Source of the DNA: Candidatus Competibacteraceae bacterium
GTDB taxonomy: Bacteria; Pseudomonadota; Gammaproteobacteria; Competibacterales; Competibacteraceae
Assembly (NCBI GenBank): GCA_046347555.1
Contig: JAXMFY010000008.1
Location: 60,022 to 124,021, forward strand
Length of the DNA: 64,000 nucleotides
Direction: 5' to 3'
Shown here: positions 31,781 through 42,343 of the stretch, piece by piece
How the letters are laid out: each line of letters opens with the position of its first letter
Numbering within the stretch: position 1 is the stretch's first letter
Notes under the pieces: model-generated
What the model was told of the DNA's origin: nothing
What the model saw: the letters and a program-made list of their open reading frames with translations, nothing else
Databases searched by the model: none
Position numbers and translations under genes: made by a program

Positions 31781-32362
31781 TTATCTTCGCGCTTCAAACG
31801 CCGCGATCTCTTGCTCAAAGCTCAGGATATAACCCAGTTCGTCCACACCATTGAGCAGACAGGCTTTGTTGAACGGGTCGATGGGGAACGCGACCGAGCC
31901 GCCGGGGAAGGACAGGGTCTGGGACGCCAAGTCGATGGTCAGTTCAGCGACAGGGTTTTCCGCGGCCAGATCCAACAGCTTCCGATGGGTTGGCTCGTCC
32001 ACGATGATCGGCAGCAGACCGTTCTTGAGCGCGTTGTTGCGGAAAATGTCGGCGAACGAGGTGCTGATCACGGCTCGGAACCCAAACCCGGTCAGCGCCC
32101 AGGGAGCATGCTCGCGGGAGGAACCACAGCCGAAATTGTCTCCCGCCAGCAGGATTTGGCAACCCGCCGCCTGGGGCTGGTTGAGCACGAAATCGCCCTT
32201 GGGCGAACCATCGGCGTGGTAGCGCCAGTCGGCGAAAAGATTGTCGCCCATGCCCTTCTTGTCAGTGGCCTTCAGGAATCGGGCGGGGATGATCTGGTCG
32301 GTATCGATATCGTTGACCGGCAACGCGATGACGCGGGAGGTGAGAGCGATGAATTGGGCCAT
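31781..32362 (-). CDS. leuD: 3-isopropylmalate/(R)-2-methylmalate dehydratase small subunit
   Basis: LeuD motifs ([19 protein letters not shown]). GGAGG RBS before MAQFI. Confidence 0.85.
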   Translation of the reverse strand: MAQFIALTSRVIALPVNDIDTDQIIPARFLKATDKKGMGDNLFADWRYHADGSPKGDFVLNQPQAAGCQILLAGDNFGCGSSREHAPWALTGFGFRAVISTSFADIFRNNALKNGLLPIIVDEPTHRKLLDLAAENPVAELTIDLASQTLSFPGGSVAFPIDPFNKACLLNGVDELGYILSFEQEIAAFEARR

Positions 32363-32363
32363 G

Positions 32364-33773
32364 TTACCGACCTCCATTCACGGTGCGCGGATCGGCCACG
32401 GCGCCGGCCAACGCGCTGGCGGCGGCGGTCAGCGGCGACGCGAGGAAGGTGCGTCCGCCCTGACCCTGACGGCCTTCAAAATTGCGGTTGCTGGTGCTGA
32501 CGGCGTACTGGCCGGGCTGAAGCTGGTCGCCATTCATGGCGATGCACATACTGCAACCCGGTTCGCGCCACTCCGCGCCCGCCGTCTTGAAGATTCGATC
32601 CAGCCCCTCGGCTTCCGCCTGTTTCTTGATCGCCTGCGAGCCGGGGACCACCATGACACGCACGCCGGCGGCGACCTTGCGGCCATCCAGCAACGAGGCG
32701 GCCTCGCGCAGGTCGGAGATGCGCGAATTGGTGCAACTACCGATGAAGACCACATCCACCTTCTGGCCCAGCAGGGCTTGACCGGGCTGGAGACCCATGT
32801 AGCGCAGCGCCTTGTCGAGCGCGGCTTTCTGGTTGGCGTCGCTCAGACTGGCGGGATCGGGTACGCGCCCAGTGACGCCCATGCCCATGCCGGGATTGGT
32901 GCCGTAGGTGATCATCGGTTCGAGCGCGGCGGCGTCCAGGGTGACGGCATGATCGTAACCCGCGCCTTCATCACTGGCGAAGGTTCGCCAGTGGGCGACG
33001 GCCCGATCCCATTCCGCGCCCCTGGGGGCGTGTTCGCGGCCCTGGAGGTAGTCGAAAGTGATGTCATCGGGCGCAATCAGGCCGGCCCGCGCGCCGCCCT
33101 CGATGGACATGTTGCAGACGGTCATCCGTTGCTCCATCGTCAGCCCACGGATGGCGGAGCCGGTGTATTCGAAGACGTAACCGGTCCCGCCGCCCACGCC
33201 GATCTTGGCGATCAGCGCCAGGATGATGTCCTTGGCGGACACGCCGGCGGAGAGCGTCCCCTCCACGCGGACTTCGCAGGTCCGGGGCCTGGTCTGAAGC
33301 AGGCATTGGGTGGCGAGAACGTGCTCGACCTCGCTGGTACCGATCCCGAAGGCCAGCGCGCCAAACGCGCCGTGGGTGGCGGTGTGGCTGTCGCCGCAGA
33401 CGATGGTCATGCCGGGCTGGGTCAGGCCCAGTTCCGGGCCGATGACATGGACGATACCGCGATTCGGGCTGGCCATACCGTGCAGGGTGACGCCAAACTC
33501 GGCGGCATTGATTTCCATTTGCCGGATTTGGGCGGCGGCCAGGGGATCGGCAATCGGCACGTCGAGCGGCGTGGTCGGGATGGAATGGTCCATCGTGGCC
33601 ACGGTGCGCTCCGGGCGGCGGACTTTCAAGCCACGCTGGCGCAGGCCGGTGAAAGCCTGGGGCGAGGTCACCTCATGCACGAGATGCAGGTCGATATACA
33701 GGATGGCCGGGGAATCGGGTTGTTCAGCAACGACATGCGATTCCCAGATTTTTTCGAAGAGCGTTTTGGGCAT
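32364..33773 (-). CDS. leuC: 3-isopropylmalate/(R)-2-methylmalate dehydratase large subunit
   Basis: Aconitase-family LeuC ([15 protein letters not shown]...CGDSHT...[14 protein letters not shown]). Confidence 0.85.
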   Translation of the reverse strand: MPKTLFEKIWESHVVAEQPDSPAILYIDLHLVHEVTSPQAFTGLRQRGLKVRRPERTVATMDHSIPTTPLDVPIADPLAAAQIRQMEINAAEFGVTLHGMASPNRGIVHVIGPELGLTQPGMTIVCGDSHTATHGAFGALAFGIGTSEVEHVLATQCLLQTRPRTCEVRVEGTLSAGVSAKDIILALIAKIGVGGGTGYVFEYTGSAIRGLTMEQRMTVCNMSIEGGARAGLIAPDDITFDYLQGREHAPRGAEWDRAVAHWRTFASDEGAGYDHAVTLDAAALEPMITYGTNPGMGMGVTGRVPDPASLSDANQKAALDKALRYMGLQPGQALLGQKVDVVFIGSCTNSRISDLREAASLLDGRKVAAGVRVMVVPGSQAIKKQAEAEGLDRIFKTAGAEWREPGCSMCIAMNGDQLQPGQYAVSTSNRNFEGRQGQGGRTFLASPLTAAASALAGAVADPRTVNGGR

Positions 33774-34294
33774 GACAAACCAGTAATGATCGAGTGAATG
33801 TTAAGTTCCAACCGGATGTTGGATGTTTTGACGATGGAGATGATGAAATGCGTCCCGGGCGGTAAGCCAGGTTGATGGGCGCTTTTGGGGCGTCTTTAGC
33901 TTTAAGCGATGATTTCATGAAGGGACGGGGAATTCAACCGCCCTGGTGAGCCTATCGATCCGCGCCCGCGGCACGGTGACCGTCACCGGCGTGGCCCCAG
34001 CCCGGCGATGCCCGGCGGGTGGTGTAGTCCAGTTCCGTGCTGTCCTGGACGCAAAGACCGCCGGATGACAGCACATTCGCTTCACGCCACAGTCCCAGTG
34101 GCGCCAGCACCCCTCCCAGGTAGCCGCCTCGTGGGCCAGCAACCGATACGCCGCCCGCGTCTCCGCCCAGATGTATCTCGACTTCGTGTTGGGGCCGTGA
34201 AGACTGTTGCAACCCGATTCAAGAAGCGCCCATCACGTCAAGGCGCGAAACCGGTTCAATGCAGCCGCGCCCCGCTAGAAAGGCACGCACAACT

Positions 34295-34335
34295 TGCTTG
34301 CTCGCTCGCTTGCTTGCTCGCTTGCTCGGTGGTCG
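34295..34335. repeat. Simple tetranucleotide tandem repeat, (CTTG/CTCG) x ~10
   Basis: cttgcttgctcgctcgcttgcttgctcgcttgctcgg in the leuC upstream intergenic region. Confidence 0.4.
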
Positions 34336-34367
34336 CGGCAAAATGCTCGTCGCCCACCGCCAGCGCC

Positions 34368-34970
34368 TTAGTTTAGATCGGGATCCCGGAAGTAGCGGGC
34401 GCCCCAGTCACCCTGCGTTGATACACCCTTTTCGTTCAGCTTGTAGACCTTGATGGTGGGATCGTGGGAGGCATCGGCCGGCGAGCCGGTCGCCATGAAC
34501 TGGCCCAGGCGGTGGGGATCGCTGAATACCAGCACTTGCCGGTACGGGCTTACCGAGGCGCCGGGACCAACGTCGGTCCGGGCCAGCCGCATGTAGGTGG
34601 TTCTGCCGCTTTTCCTTTCCAGCACCACGCCGCGTCCGTGCGCCTCGGCCAGTACGGCGTTCAGGCCATTGATCTCGAACACCCCATAGCCAGCGGCCTG
34701 TTCGATCTCGATCCGGGTCGGTGGCTTGAGTTTGTAGAGTTGGTTCAAGGTTTGGGTGCGAACCTTGAGGATGGCCTGTCGCTGCTCTTGTCGGGCTTTC
34801 TCGCTCAACTTGCCAGTCGGCGGCGTAAGATCGGTTGGTTTGGTTTTGGGGGTGTCGGCGCACCCAGCCAGGAACGCCGCCAGTAGCAGGCTGCCAGTAA
34901 CTAGGGCAACACGACGCCAAGGAGACGGATTCGCTTGCGGTGGGACAGAGGCAGAGGGTTCAATCATCAT
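34368..34970 (-). CDS. Lipoprotein, SYLF/DUF500 (Ysc84)-like (tentative)
   Basis: Lipobox LAGC after the signal peptide. Gly-rich beta-strand region AAGYGVFEINGLNAVL...GRGVVLERKSGRTTY. Confidence 0.5.
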   Translation of the reverse strand: MMIEPSASVPPQANPSPWRRVALVTGSLLLAAFLAGCADTPKTKPTDLTPPTGKLSEKARQEQRQAILKVRTQTLNQLYKLKPPTRIEIEQAAGYGVFEINGLNAVLAEAHGRGVVLERKSGRTTYMRLARTDVGPGASVSPYRQVLVFSDPHRLGQFMATGSPADASHDPTIKVYKLNEKGVSTQGDWGARYFRDPDLN

Positions 34971-35154
34971 CAGCGGATTGCAGGTAAACCGTCACGTCGT
35001 AGTGGTCGCGCGGGTACAGCTCCCGCGCCTTTTGGTAGGCCTCGTCCTCGTCGCCGGCCGCCACGGTGTCCGCGACGGTCGAGCCGCCGGCCAGCGGCGT
35101 GGCATAAACCAGGTACAACGTCGGCCGGCGTCTGGTCGGGTGTTTTCCGCGCAT
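34960..35154 (-). CDS. Small protein (64 aa), translationally coupled to the downstream lipoprotein gene
   Basis: Strong RBS GGAGGTG 5 nt before the ATG. Its stop overlaps the lipoprotein start in ATGATGATTGA. Confidence 0.4.
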   Translation of the reverse strand: MRGKHPTRRRPTLYLVYATPLAGGSTVADTVAAGDEDEAYQKARELYPRDHYDVTVYLQSADDD

Positions 35155-35501
35155 GGATTCACCTCCGTCGCGGTTGGCGTCCATCCCTGAATCGGGTTGA
35201 ACTGATGCTATAGTATGCGTGGCTTCGCAACCATGACCAAAAAAGTTAGGCGAGACTGGGCGGGTTCGCTCGCGCGCCAAGCAATGTTTCCGAATGCCTG
35301 AGTGTCCTCATCCATGGATGGCGGGAGGGTCCATCACTGGCCACGGCGGCGCGTCGGCTCGGGTTTGTCGCCGCCACGGGCCAGCCGTGGCGGTCGATTC
35401 TTGGCTTCGTTGCTGAAACGAAACCGTCCGGCCAGCACACAGCCTTTCATGCCGGGATCGCAGGGCCGATCCTGAACACGCTGGCAAATCTCGTTAAATT
35501 C

Positions 35502-36338
35502 ATGCGGACAACCCCAACCACCGGCCATGTCGTCACCTCTGGAACAGCTATTCCGCCGGGCCTCGCGCGCGCCCGGTGTCTGAATTTCATGGGGAAGGAT
35601 GATAGCGAAGAATCGGCGGTTGACACTACCGGTAGCCCCCGACCGATCGATATACGCTGCTTTGGGATCGTTTCATCGAACAACCGCCCCGATGCCCAAC
35701 AGTCCAGCCATCTTGAGGATTCCAAGTTGGACCGCCTTTTCATCTTCCTGATCGCCGGATGGTCCGGGTTTTTCGTGATGGCCCTCGAATTGTTGAGCGG
35801 GCGAATTCTCGCGCCAAGCTTCGGCAGCAGTATCCACGTCTGGGGCGGAATCATCACGGTCTTCATGCTGGCGCTGGCGCTTGGCTATCTCCTGGGCGGC
35901 CGATGGTCGTTGCGCGACCCGAGTTTGCGCCGGCTGGCGCTCATCCTGATCGCTGGAGCAACGACCACGATCCCGGTGGTTCTCCTGGGCGATCCCCTCC
36001 TCGACTGGATTTTCGACCGGGCCCAGGACCCTCGTTATGGTTCCCTCCTGTCGGCGACCTTGTTGTTCTTCGTCCCAACCACCCTGGCGGGCATGGTTTC
36101 TCCCTACGCCGTTCGCTTGCTGGTCAACCAATCCCAACTCAGCGGCCATCTCGCGGGACTTCTTTATTTTTGCTCGACGTTTGGCAGTGCGGCGGGAACG
36201 CTGCTGACGTCGTTCTATCTCGTTCTGTATTTCGAGATCAACCAGATTTTGATTGGCCTGATCGGCATTTCCCTACTTCTTGGTTTGTTGACAACTTTTC
36301 CTGGAAGCTCCAACAATGTGCCAAGGTATCCAGTTTAA
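35502..36338 (+). CDS. Polytopic membrane protein: N-terminal membrane module of the fused membrane / spermidine-synthase-like family
   Basis: About 7 predicted TM helices. Ends 23 nt inside the next ORF. Confidence 0.5.
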   Translation: MRTTPTTGHVVTSGTAIPPGLARARCLNFMGKDDSEESAVDTTGSPRPIDIRCFGIVSSNNRPDAQQSSHLEDSKLDRLFIFLIAGWSGFFVMALELLSGRILAPSFGSSIHVWGGIITVFMLALALGYLLGGRWSLRDPSLRRLALILIAGATTTIPVVLLGDPLLDWIFDRAQDPRYGSLLSATLLFFVPTTLAGMVSPYAVRLLVNQSQLSGHLAGLLYFCSTFGSAAGTLLTSFYLVLYFEINQILIGLIGISLLLGLLTTFPGSSNNVPRYPV

Positions 36339-36387
36339 GACACTGCTCGCCTTCCTTGCTTCGTTCGTGACCCTGCCATCCACCGCA

Positions 36388-37215
36388 ATGAACATCATTC
36401 ATACCGAAAAATCGCTTTATCGCAATATCCTCGTTTATGAAGAGGACGAGCAGAGATGCATGAGTTTCACTCGCCACAATCAAACCGCTCGACAAAGCTG
36501 CCAATCCCTGGATGATCCCAATCAATTCGTATTCAGTTATACCAAGATGATGATGGGCGCGCTGTATCTGAACCCTCATCCCAGGAATATCCTGATTGTC
36601 GGACTGGGAGGCGGCATCTTACCGACGGCGCTGTCCCGGATGCTGCCCGAAGCCAAGATCGACATCGTCGAAATCGACCCGGCCGTCGTCAAGGTCGCCC
36701 GACAATTCTTTGGCTTCAATCCAAATCCAAATGTCCAGGTTTTCGAGGAGGATGGGCGCGTCTTCATAAAACGCGCCGGTAAGTCCGACCGGCGCTACGA
36801 TTTGATCATGTTGGACGCCTTCGATCACGAATACATACCAGAACATCTATTGACCCGGGAATTTTTGCTCGAAGTCAAGGCTCTGTTGACCGCGGATGGC
36901 GTTTTGGCGGCCAACACCTTCTCCAGCAGTCGTCTCTACCACCACGAATCGACGACCTATCAATCAGTGTTCGGTCAATTCTACAATCTCAGGGTCGAGC
37001 TGAAGAATCGCGTCGTCCTGGCGAAAATGGATGGACTTCCCTCTCATGACGCGATCAAGAAAAACGCCGATTTGTTGGAGGAGCAGTTGAAAGTGCTGGG
37101 TTTTGGCGGCGACTGGCTGACGCCGCTGTTCTCGACCGACCGCGACTGGAATCCCGACGCGCGCGTTCTGACGGATCAGTATTCGCCATCGAATTTGCTA
37201 AATTCAGCGTTTTAG
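36388..37215 (+). CDS. Spermidine/spermine-synthase-like aminopropyltransferase-fold protein. Start could be at 36316.
   Basis: PF01564-like motifs (ILIVGLGGGILP...IVEIDPAVV...LIMLDAFD). Confidence 0.6.
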   Translation: MNIIHTEKSLYRNILVYEEDEQRCMSFTRHNQTARQSCQSLDDPNQFVFSYTKMMMGALYLNPHPRNILIVGLGGGILPTALSRMLPEAKIDIVEIDPAVVKVARQFFGFNPNPNVQVFEEDGRVFIKRAGKSDRRYDLIMLDAFDHEYIPEHLLTREFLLEVKALLTADGVLAANTFSSSRLYHHESTTYQSVFGQFYNLRVELKNRVVLAKMDGLPSHDAIKKNADLLEEQLKVLGFGGDWLTPLFSTDRDWNPDARVLTDQYSPSNLLNSAF

Positions 37216-37311
37216 CCACCGCTCGAACGAATCTGGCTGGGAAAAACCCAGGACTGACTTGTCGATCACCGTTTCGCCACGATTCAATCCGTCCCTTGTT
37301 TTCATAGCGCC

Positions 37312-40300
37312 ATGTCCGCGACCAACGACCAGAAAATACGCCAATCCCTCCTTGATGCCTACGAAGTTCTGCCCCCGCTCGAACAAGCGGTTTTGCAATT
37401 GCTGTCGGTGATTTACGAGGAAGTGGGGAAAACCGCGCTGGCCGACTGCGCGCGCCGCTGCGACGCGCCGCAAATCAAATCCAAGGGTTTCCCGCAACCG
37501 GGCCTGGTGCCCCTGCTGGACCGGTTGGTCAGCAAAAAATTGGTGGTCAAGGCCAACAACCAGTGGCTTTGCCATCGCCTGATCGTCGAGGACATCACCC
37601 GCCGGGCGGTGCGGGAAGGCCGCTTCGAGAGCATGGCCAAGGCCGTACAGGAAGTGATCAGGAACACTGGCTGGAGCGATTCGTATTTCCGCAGCTATCG
37701 GCAGGCGCTGGCCGGGTTGCGCATCGCCTTTTACCGGGGCGATGTGAAGCGCATGCAACACATTCTGGAGGTTTGCGCTAGAAACTACCCGACCGACCTG
37801 GCGCAATATCCGCCCTGGTTGCTGATCTTCAACAACCCGTTCGACCCCGACGGTTTACGCGCGCTGTCGGATGATCTGTTGGTGGAGGCACTGGCCGCCA
37901 TTTTCGCGGCGGCGGCGCGGCATTTCGAGCCGGTAGGCGAACTCATCACCCTGGGAGAAAGCCTGCTGGCCGGGAACCGCTGCGCCGACCCGTTGCGCTA
38001 TTACCTGGCGGAACAGGCGCTGCTGCGCGGCGACCGGGCGAAAGCCAGCCAGTACCTGGCTCCGCAGCCGACGGATTACAGTGAGGCCCTGCGCGGCTGG
38101 CTGGCGTTTCTGGACGGGAAGGATGAGGACGCCATCCAGCATTACGAGGCCGCGCTGAAGCTGCTCCGCAAGCGGACCGGCAAGCGCAAGATTTTCTTCG
38201 ATCATCTGGCCGGGGTGTTTTTCATTCTGGCGCTGCTGGCCAGCAACACCCCCGCCCGGTTGCGCCAAGCCCTGGATATGATGGCGCCGGTGTTCGACAA
38301 GGGCGCGCGCTATGCCTATCCCGGTCTCTATCGGAATCTGTGGCAGGTGGTGGAAGTCCAACAGGGCCAACTTCAGAGAATTGCCCCACCAGATCTGAGC
38401 GCACCGCTGCCCGCGCTCGACCGCTTTTTCCAACTGCTGGTGCTGTTCTGGCTGAACGTCGCCGACCGGCAAGCCTTGCGCGACCTGGCGAAGCCCCTGC
38501 TGAATATCGCCCAGGAGAATGGCTATCGCTGGTTCGCGGCGGAGCTGGGCGAACTGCTGCAGCGCCTGGTCGGCCCGACCTACAATTCTCCTGAACCCTC
38601 CACCCTCTCCCACAAAGGGGAGGAGGAACTGGACGGCGGGCGTCATCTCGCCCGCCTGTTCCAACTCAGGGAACCCTGGGAGCACGCCCTGAACGCGCTG
38701 CTGGAACTGACCCAGACCGGAGCGGAACCCACGGCGGCGCCGGCGACGCGGCTGGTGTGGTGGATCAGTTGGCACAAGAGCGGAAGTTGCGCGGTCAGCC
38801 CGCGCGAGCAGAAACGCGATGCCCGAGGCCAATGGACCCAGGGCCGGCCGGTGGCGCTCAAGCGGCTGCACCACGCGGAAAAGCTGGATTTTCTCACCCC
38901 TCAGGACCGCGAAATCTGTTCCACCGTGCGCGTCGACTACAGCGGCTATTACGGCCAGACCAGCTACGAAATCGATACCGCCCGGGCGCTGCCGCTGCTG
39001 GTGGGACACCCCCTGGTTTTTTGGGAGGATACGCCGGGCGTGCGGGTGGACCTGGTCAAGGGCGAGCCGGAATTGCTGATCACCCCGCAGGGTTCGCAGT
39101 GGCGGCTGGAACTGTCGCCCCAGGCAACCGCCATCGAGTCGGTGAAGGTGGTCAAGGAAACGCCGACCCGGCTCAAGGTCATCGTATTCAACGAGGCGCA
39201 CAAGCAAGTCATGGCGATCCTGGGCGACGGTCTGCTGGTGCCCGGCGCGGCCAAGGCCCGCGTGCTGGAAACGGTGGCGGCCCTGGCGAATCTGGTGACC
39301 GTGCAATCCAGCATCGGCGGCGGCGTGGAGAATCTGGAGGAAGTCGCCGCCGATGCCCTGCCCCACGTCCATCTGCTGCCCTTCGGCGAGGGGCTGAAAA
39401 TCGAACTGCGGGTGCGGCCGTTCGCCACCGGCGGTCCTTCGTATCGGCCCGGCGCGGGTGGCGAGTGGGTGATCGCCGAGATCGACGGCAAGCGGGTGCA
39501 GGCCCGGCGCGACCTGACACTGGAGCGCCGACGGGTGGCGCAAGTCGTGACCGCCGTGCCCAGCTTGTCCCGCCAGCCCACCGTCGGCGGCGAGTGGATT
39601 TTGCCCGATCCGGAAGTCTGCCTGGAGGCGCTGCTGGAACTGCAAGCCTTGGGCGACCAGGTGGTACTCGAATGGCCGGAGGGCGAGAAATTCAAGGTCA
39701 GCCACCCCGCGACCCTCGGCCAGCTTCGCCTGAGCATCAAGCGCCACCGGGACTGGTTCGACCTCGACGGCGAACTGCGCCTGGACGAGCAGGTGTTCAA
39801 CATGCGTCAGTTGCTGGAACTGCTCGAACGGGCGCCGGGCCGGTTCCTGCCGTTGGGCGATGGCCAGTTCCTGGCCCTGACCGACGAATTTCGGCGGCGG
39901 CTGGAGGAACTGCGCGGCTTCGGCGAGCCGGGCACCAAGGGTGTGCGGTTTCACCCGCTGGCGGCCCAGATGCTGGAGCCGCTCACCGCCGAAGCGGGAT
40001 CGGTGCGCGCCGACGCCGACTGGAAGGCGCAAATCCAGCGGTTGCGCGAGGCCGAGGCTTTGCAACCGGCGATTCCCTCGACCTTGCAAGCCGAACTGCG
40101 GGACTACCAGTCGCAAGGTTTCGAGTGGCTGGCGCGGCTGGCGCATTGGGGCGTGGGCGCCTGTCTGGCCGACGACATGGGGCTGGGCAAGACGGTGCAG
40201 GCGCTGACGCTGATCCTGAGCCGGGCGCAGGATGGGCCAGCCCTGGTGGTCGCGCCGACCTCGGTCTGCTTGAACTGGGTGGACGAGATTCGCCGCTTCG

Positions 40301-41469
40301 CCCCGACGTTGAACCCGATCGTGTTTGGCGGCGGCGACCGCGAGCAGACCCTGGCGCGGCTGGGACCGTTCGACCTGCTGATTTGCAGCTATGGCCTGTT
40401 GCAGCAGGAAGCGGAGCGGCTGGCGGAGCGGGAATGGCGGACTATCGTGCTCGACGAGGCGCAGGCCATCAAGAACATGACCACCAAGCGTTCCCAGGCG
40501 GCCATGGCGCTGCGCGGCGACTTCCGCATGATGACCACCGGCACCCCGATTGAGAACCACCTGGGCGAGTTGTGGAATCTGTTTCGCTTCATCAATCCGG
40601 GCTTGCTCGGCTCCCTGGAGCGTTTCAACCAGCGGTTCGCCACGCCCATCGAGCGGGATCGGGATATTCAGGCCCGCCACCGGCTCAAGCAACTGATTCA
40701 ACCCTTCATCCTGCGCCGGCTGAAATCCGAGGTGCTGGAGGCACTGCCGGCGCGCACCGAGATTCTGCGGCGGGTGGAACTGGGGCCGGAGGAAGCGGCT
40801 CTGTACGAAGCCTTGCGCCAGAAGGCGCTGGAGCGACTGGCCAAGGTGGACGACGCCGACGGCCAAAAATCTTTCCAGATTCTCGGGGAGATCATGAAGC
40901 TGCGCCGGGCCTGCTGCCATCCGAAGCTGGCGCTGCCGGAGACCGACCTGCCAGGGGCTAAGCTGGCGGCGTTCGAGGAGATTCTCGACGAGTTGCTGGA
41001 AAACCGGCACAAGGCGCTGGTGTTCAGCCAGTTCGTCGATCATCTGGCTATCCTCCGCGAGTTGCTGGACCGCAAGAAAGTGGCCTATCAGTATCTGGAC
41101 GGCAGTACGCCGGCCAACGAACGCAAGCGGAGCGTGGACGCCTTTCAGGCTGGTCGGGGCGACGTGTTCCTGATCAGCCTGAAGGCGGGTGGCCTGGGGT
41201 TGAACTTGACCGCCGCCGATTTCGTCATCCACATGGACCCGTGGTGGAATCCGGCGGTGGAGGATCAGGCGTCGGATCGGGCGCACCGCATCGGCCAGCA
41301 GCGGCCGGTGACCATCTACCGGCTGGTAGCCCAGGGCACCATCGAGGAGAAGATCGTCGCCCTGCACCACCAGAAGCGGGACCTGGCGGAACAGTTGTTG
41401 GAGGGGACCGGCACGGGCGGCCGGATTTCGGCGGAGGATCTGCTAAGGCTGCTGCAAGAGGCCGGGTAG
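37312..41469 (+). CDS. SNF2-family DNA-dependent ATPase/helicase with a ~900-aa N-terminal extension
   Basis: SNF2_N motifs DYQ, GLGKT, DEAQ.IKN and helicase-C motifs in the last 500 aa. N-terminal region has no recognised domain. Confidence 0.8.
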   Translation: MSATNDQKIRQSLLDAYEVLPPLEQAVLQLLSVIYEEVGKTALADCARRCDAPQIKSKGFPQPGLVPLLDRLVSKKLVVKANNQWLCHRLIVEDITRRAVREGRFESMAKAVQEVIRNTGWSDSYFRSYRQALAGLRIAFYRGDVKRMQHILEVCARNYPTDLAQYPPWLLIFNNPFDPDGLRALSDDLLVEALAAIFAAAARHFEPVGELITLGESLLAGNRCADPLRYYLAEQALLRGDRAKASQYLAPQPTDYSEALRGWLAFLDGKDEDAIQHYEAALKLLRKRTGKRKIFFDHLAGVFFILALLASNTPARLRQALDMMAPVFDKGARYAYPGLYRNLWQVVEVQQGQLQRIAPPDLSAPLPALDRFFQLLVLFWLNVADRQALRDLAKPLLNIAQENGYRWFAAELGELLQRLVGPTYNSPEPSTLSHKGEEELDGGRHLARLFQLREPWEHALNALLELTQTGAEPTAAPATRLVWWISWHKSGSCAVSPREQKRDARGQWTQGRPVALKRLHHAEKLDFLTPQDREICSTVRVDYSGYYGQTSYEIDTARALPLLVGHPLVFWEDTPGVRVDLVKGEPELLITPQGSQWRLELSPQATAIESVKVVKETPTRLKVIVFNEAHKQVMAILGDGLLVPGAAKARVLETVAALANLVTVQSSIGGGVENLEEVAADALPHVHLLPFGEGLKIELRVRPFATGGPSYRPGAGGEWVIAEIDGKRVQARRDLTLERRRVAQVVTAVPSLSRQPTVGGEWILPDPEVCLEALLELQALGDQVVLEWPEGEKFKVSHPATLGQLRLSIKRHRDWFDLDGELRLDEQVFNMRQLLELLERAPGRFLPLGDGQFLALTDEFRRRLEELRGFGEPGTKGVRFHPLAAQMLEPLTAEAGSVRADADWKAQIQRLREAEALQPAIPSTLQAELRDYQSQGFEWLARLAHWGVGACLADDMGLGKTVQALTLILSRAQDGPALVVAPTSVCLNWVDEIRRFAPTLNPIVFGGGDREQTLARLGPFDLLICSYGLLQQEAERLAEREWRTIVLDEAQAIKNMTTKRSQAAMALRGDFRMMTTGTPIENHLGELWNLFRFINPGLLGSLERFNQRFATPIERDRDIQARHRLKQLIQPFILRRLKSEVLEALPARTEILRRVELGPEEAALYEALRQKALERLAKVDDADGQKSFQILGEIMKLRRACCHPKLALPETDLPGAKLAAFEEILDELLENRHKALVFSQFVDHLAILRELLDRKKVAYQYLDGSTPANERKRSVDAFQAGRGDVFLISLKAGGLGLNLTAADFVIHMDPWWNPAVEDQASDRAHRIGQQRPVTIYRLVAQGTIEEKIVALHHQKRDLAEQLLEGTGTGGRISAEDLLRLLQEAG

Positions 41470-41518
41470 GCTGGGGATTCTCTCCCTTTTCGCGAACGAA
41501 CGAACGGACGACACCCTC

Positions 41519-42319
41519 ATGAAAACCATCCTCATCACCGGCGCGACCGACGGCATCGGTCGGGAAACCGCGCGGCAATTGCTGGCGCAAGGTCATCGGG
41601 TGTTGCTGCACGGGCGCACCCTGGAGCGGGCGCAACAGACGATCCAGTCCCTCGATACGCCAACCGCCGTGCCGGTCTGGGGCGACCTGGCCGAGATGCG
41701 CCAGGTGTTGGCGCTGGCCGACCAGGTCCGCCAACAGGTTCCGGCGCTCGACGTTCTGATCCACAACGCCGGGGTGTACGAACACCAGCGCCGCCTGACC
41801 CCGGATGGATTCGAAATGACCATGGCGGTCAATCACTTCGCACCCTTTCTGCTGACCCAGGCGCTGCTGGCGACGGTCCAGGCCAGCCCCCAGGGTCGGA
41901 TCGTCACGGTCAGCTCCGTCGCCCATCAGGGCGCCCGGCTGGATCTGAACGACCTGACCTTCGCCCGCCGCTTCGACGGCTACACCGCCTACGCCACCTC
42001 GAAGCTGGCCAACATTCTGTTCACCCAGGCGCTGGCCAAGCGGCTGGCCGGCACGGCGACGACCGCCAACTGCCTGCATCCGGGGGTGATCGAGACCAAG
42101 TTGCTGCGCAGTGGGTTTGGGATAGACGGCGCGTCCATCACCGATGGCGCCCGAACTTCGGTCTATCTGGCGACGGCGGACGCCGTTCGCGCCGTGACTG
42201 GCCAGTATTTCGTCGACAGCAAGCCGGCCCGACCTATGGCCATCGCCCGTGATACGCGGCTGGCCGAGGCGCTTTGGCAAGCGTCCATGACAGCCTTGGA
42301 ACCCTTTCTGGCCCGGTGA
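41519..42319 (+). CDS. SDR-family oxidoreductase
   Basis: TGATDGIGRE Rossmann motif and YxxxK (YATSK). Confidence 0.75.
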   Translation: MKTILITGATDGIGRETARQLLAQGHRVLLHGRTLERAQQTIQSLDTPTAVPVWGDLAEMRQVLALADQVRQQVPALDVLIHNAGVYEHQRRLTPDGFEMTMAVNHFAPFLLTQALLATVQASPQGRIVTVSSVAHQGARLDLNDLTFARRFDGYTAYATSKLANILFTQALAKRLAGTATTANCLHPGVIETKLLRSGFGIDGASITDGARTSVYLATADAVRAVTGQYFVDSKPARPMAIARDTRLAEALWQASMTALEPFLAR

Positions 42320-42343
42320 GGAAGCCTCCCGATTGCCATGTCG

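Noticed and set aside
33774-34000. leu-operon leader peptide / attenuator upstream of leuC
   Set aside because: The only small upstream ORF (MKSSLKAKDAPK...) has no Leu-codon run and no terminator/antiterminator pair.
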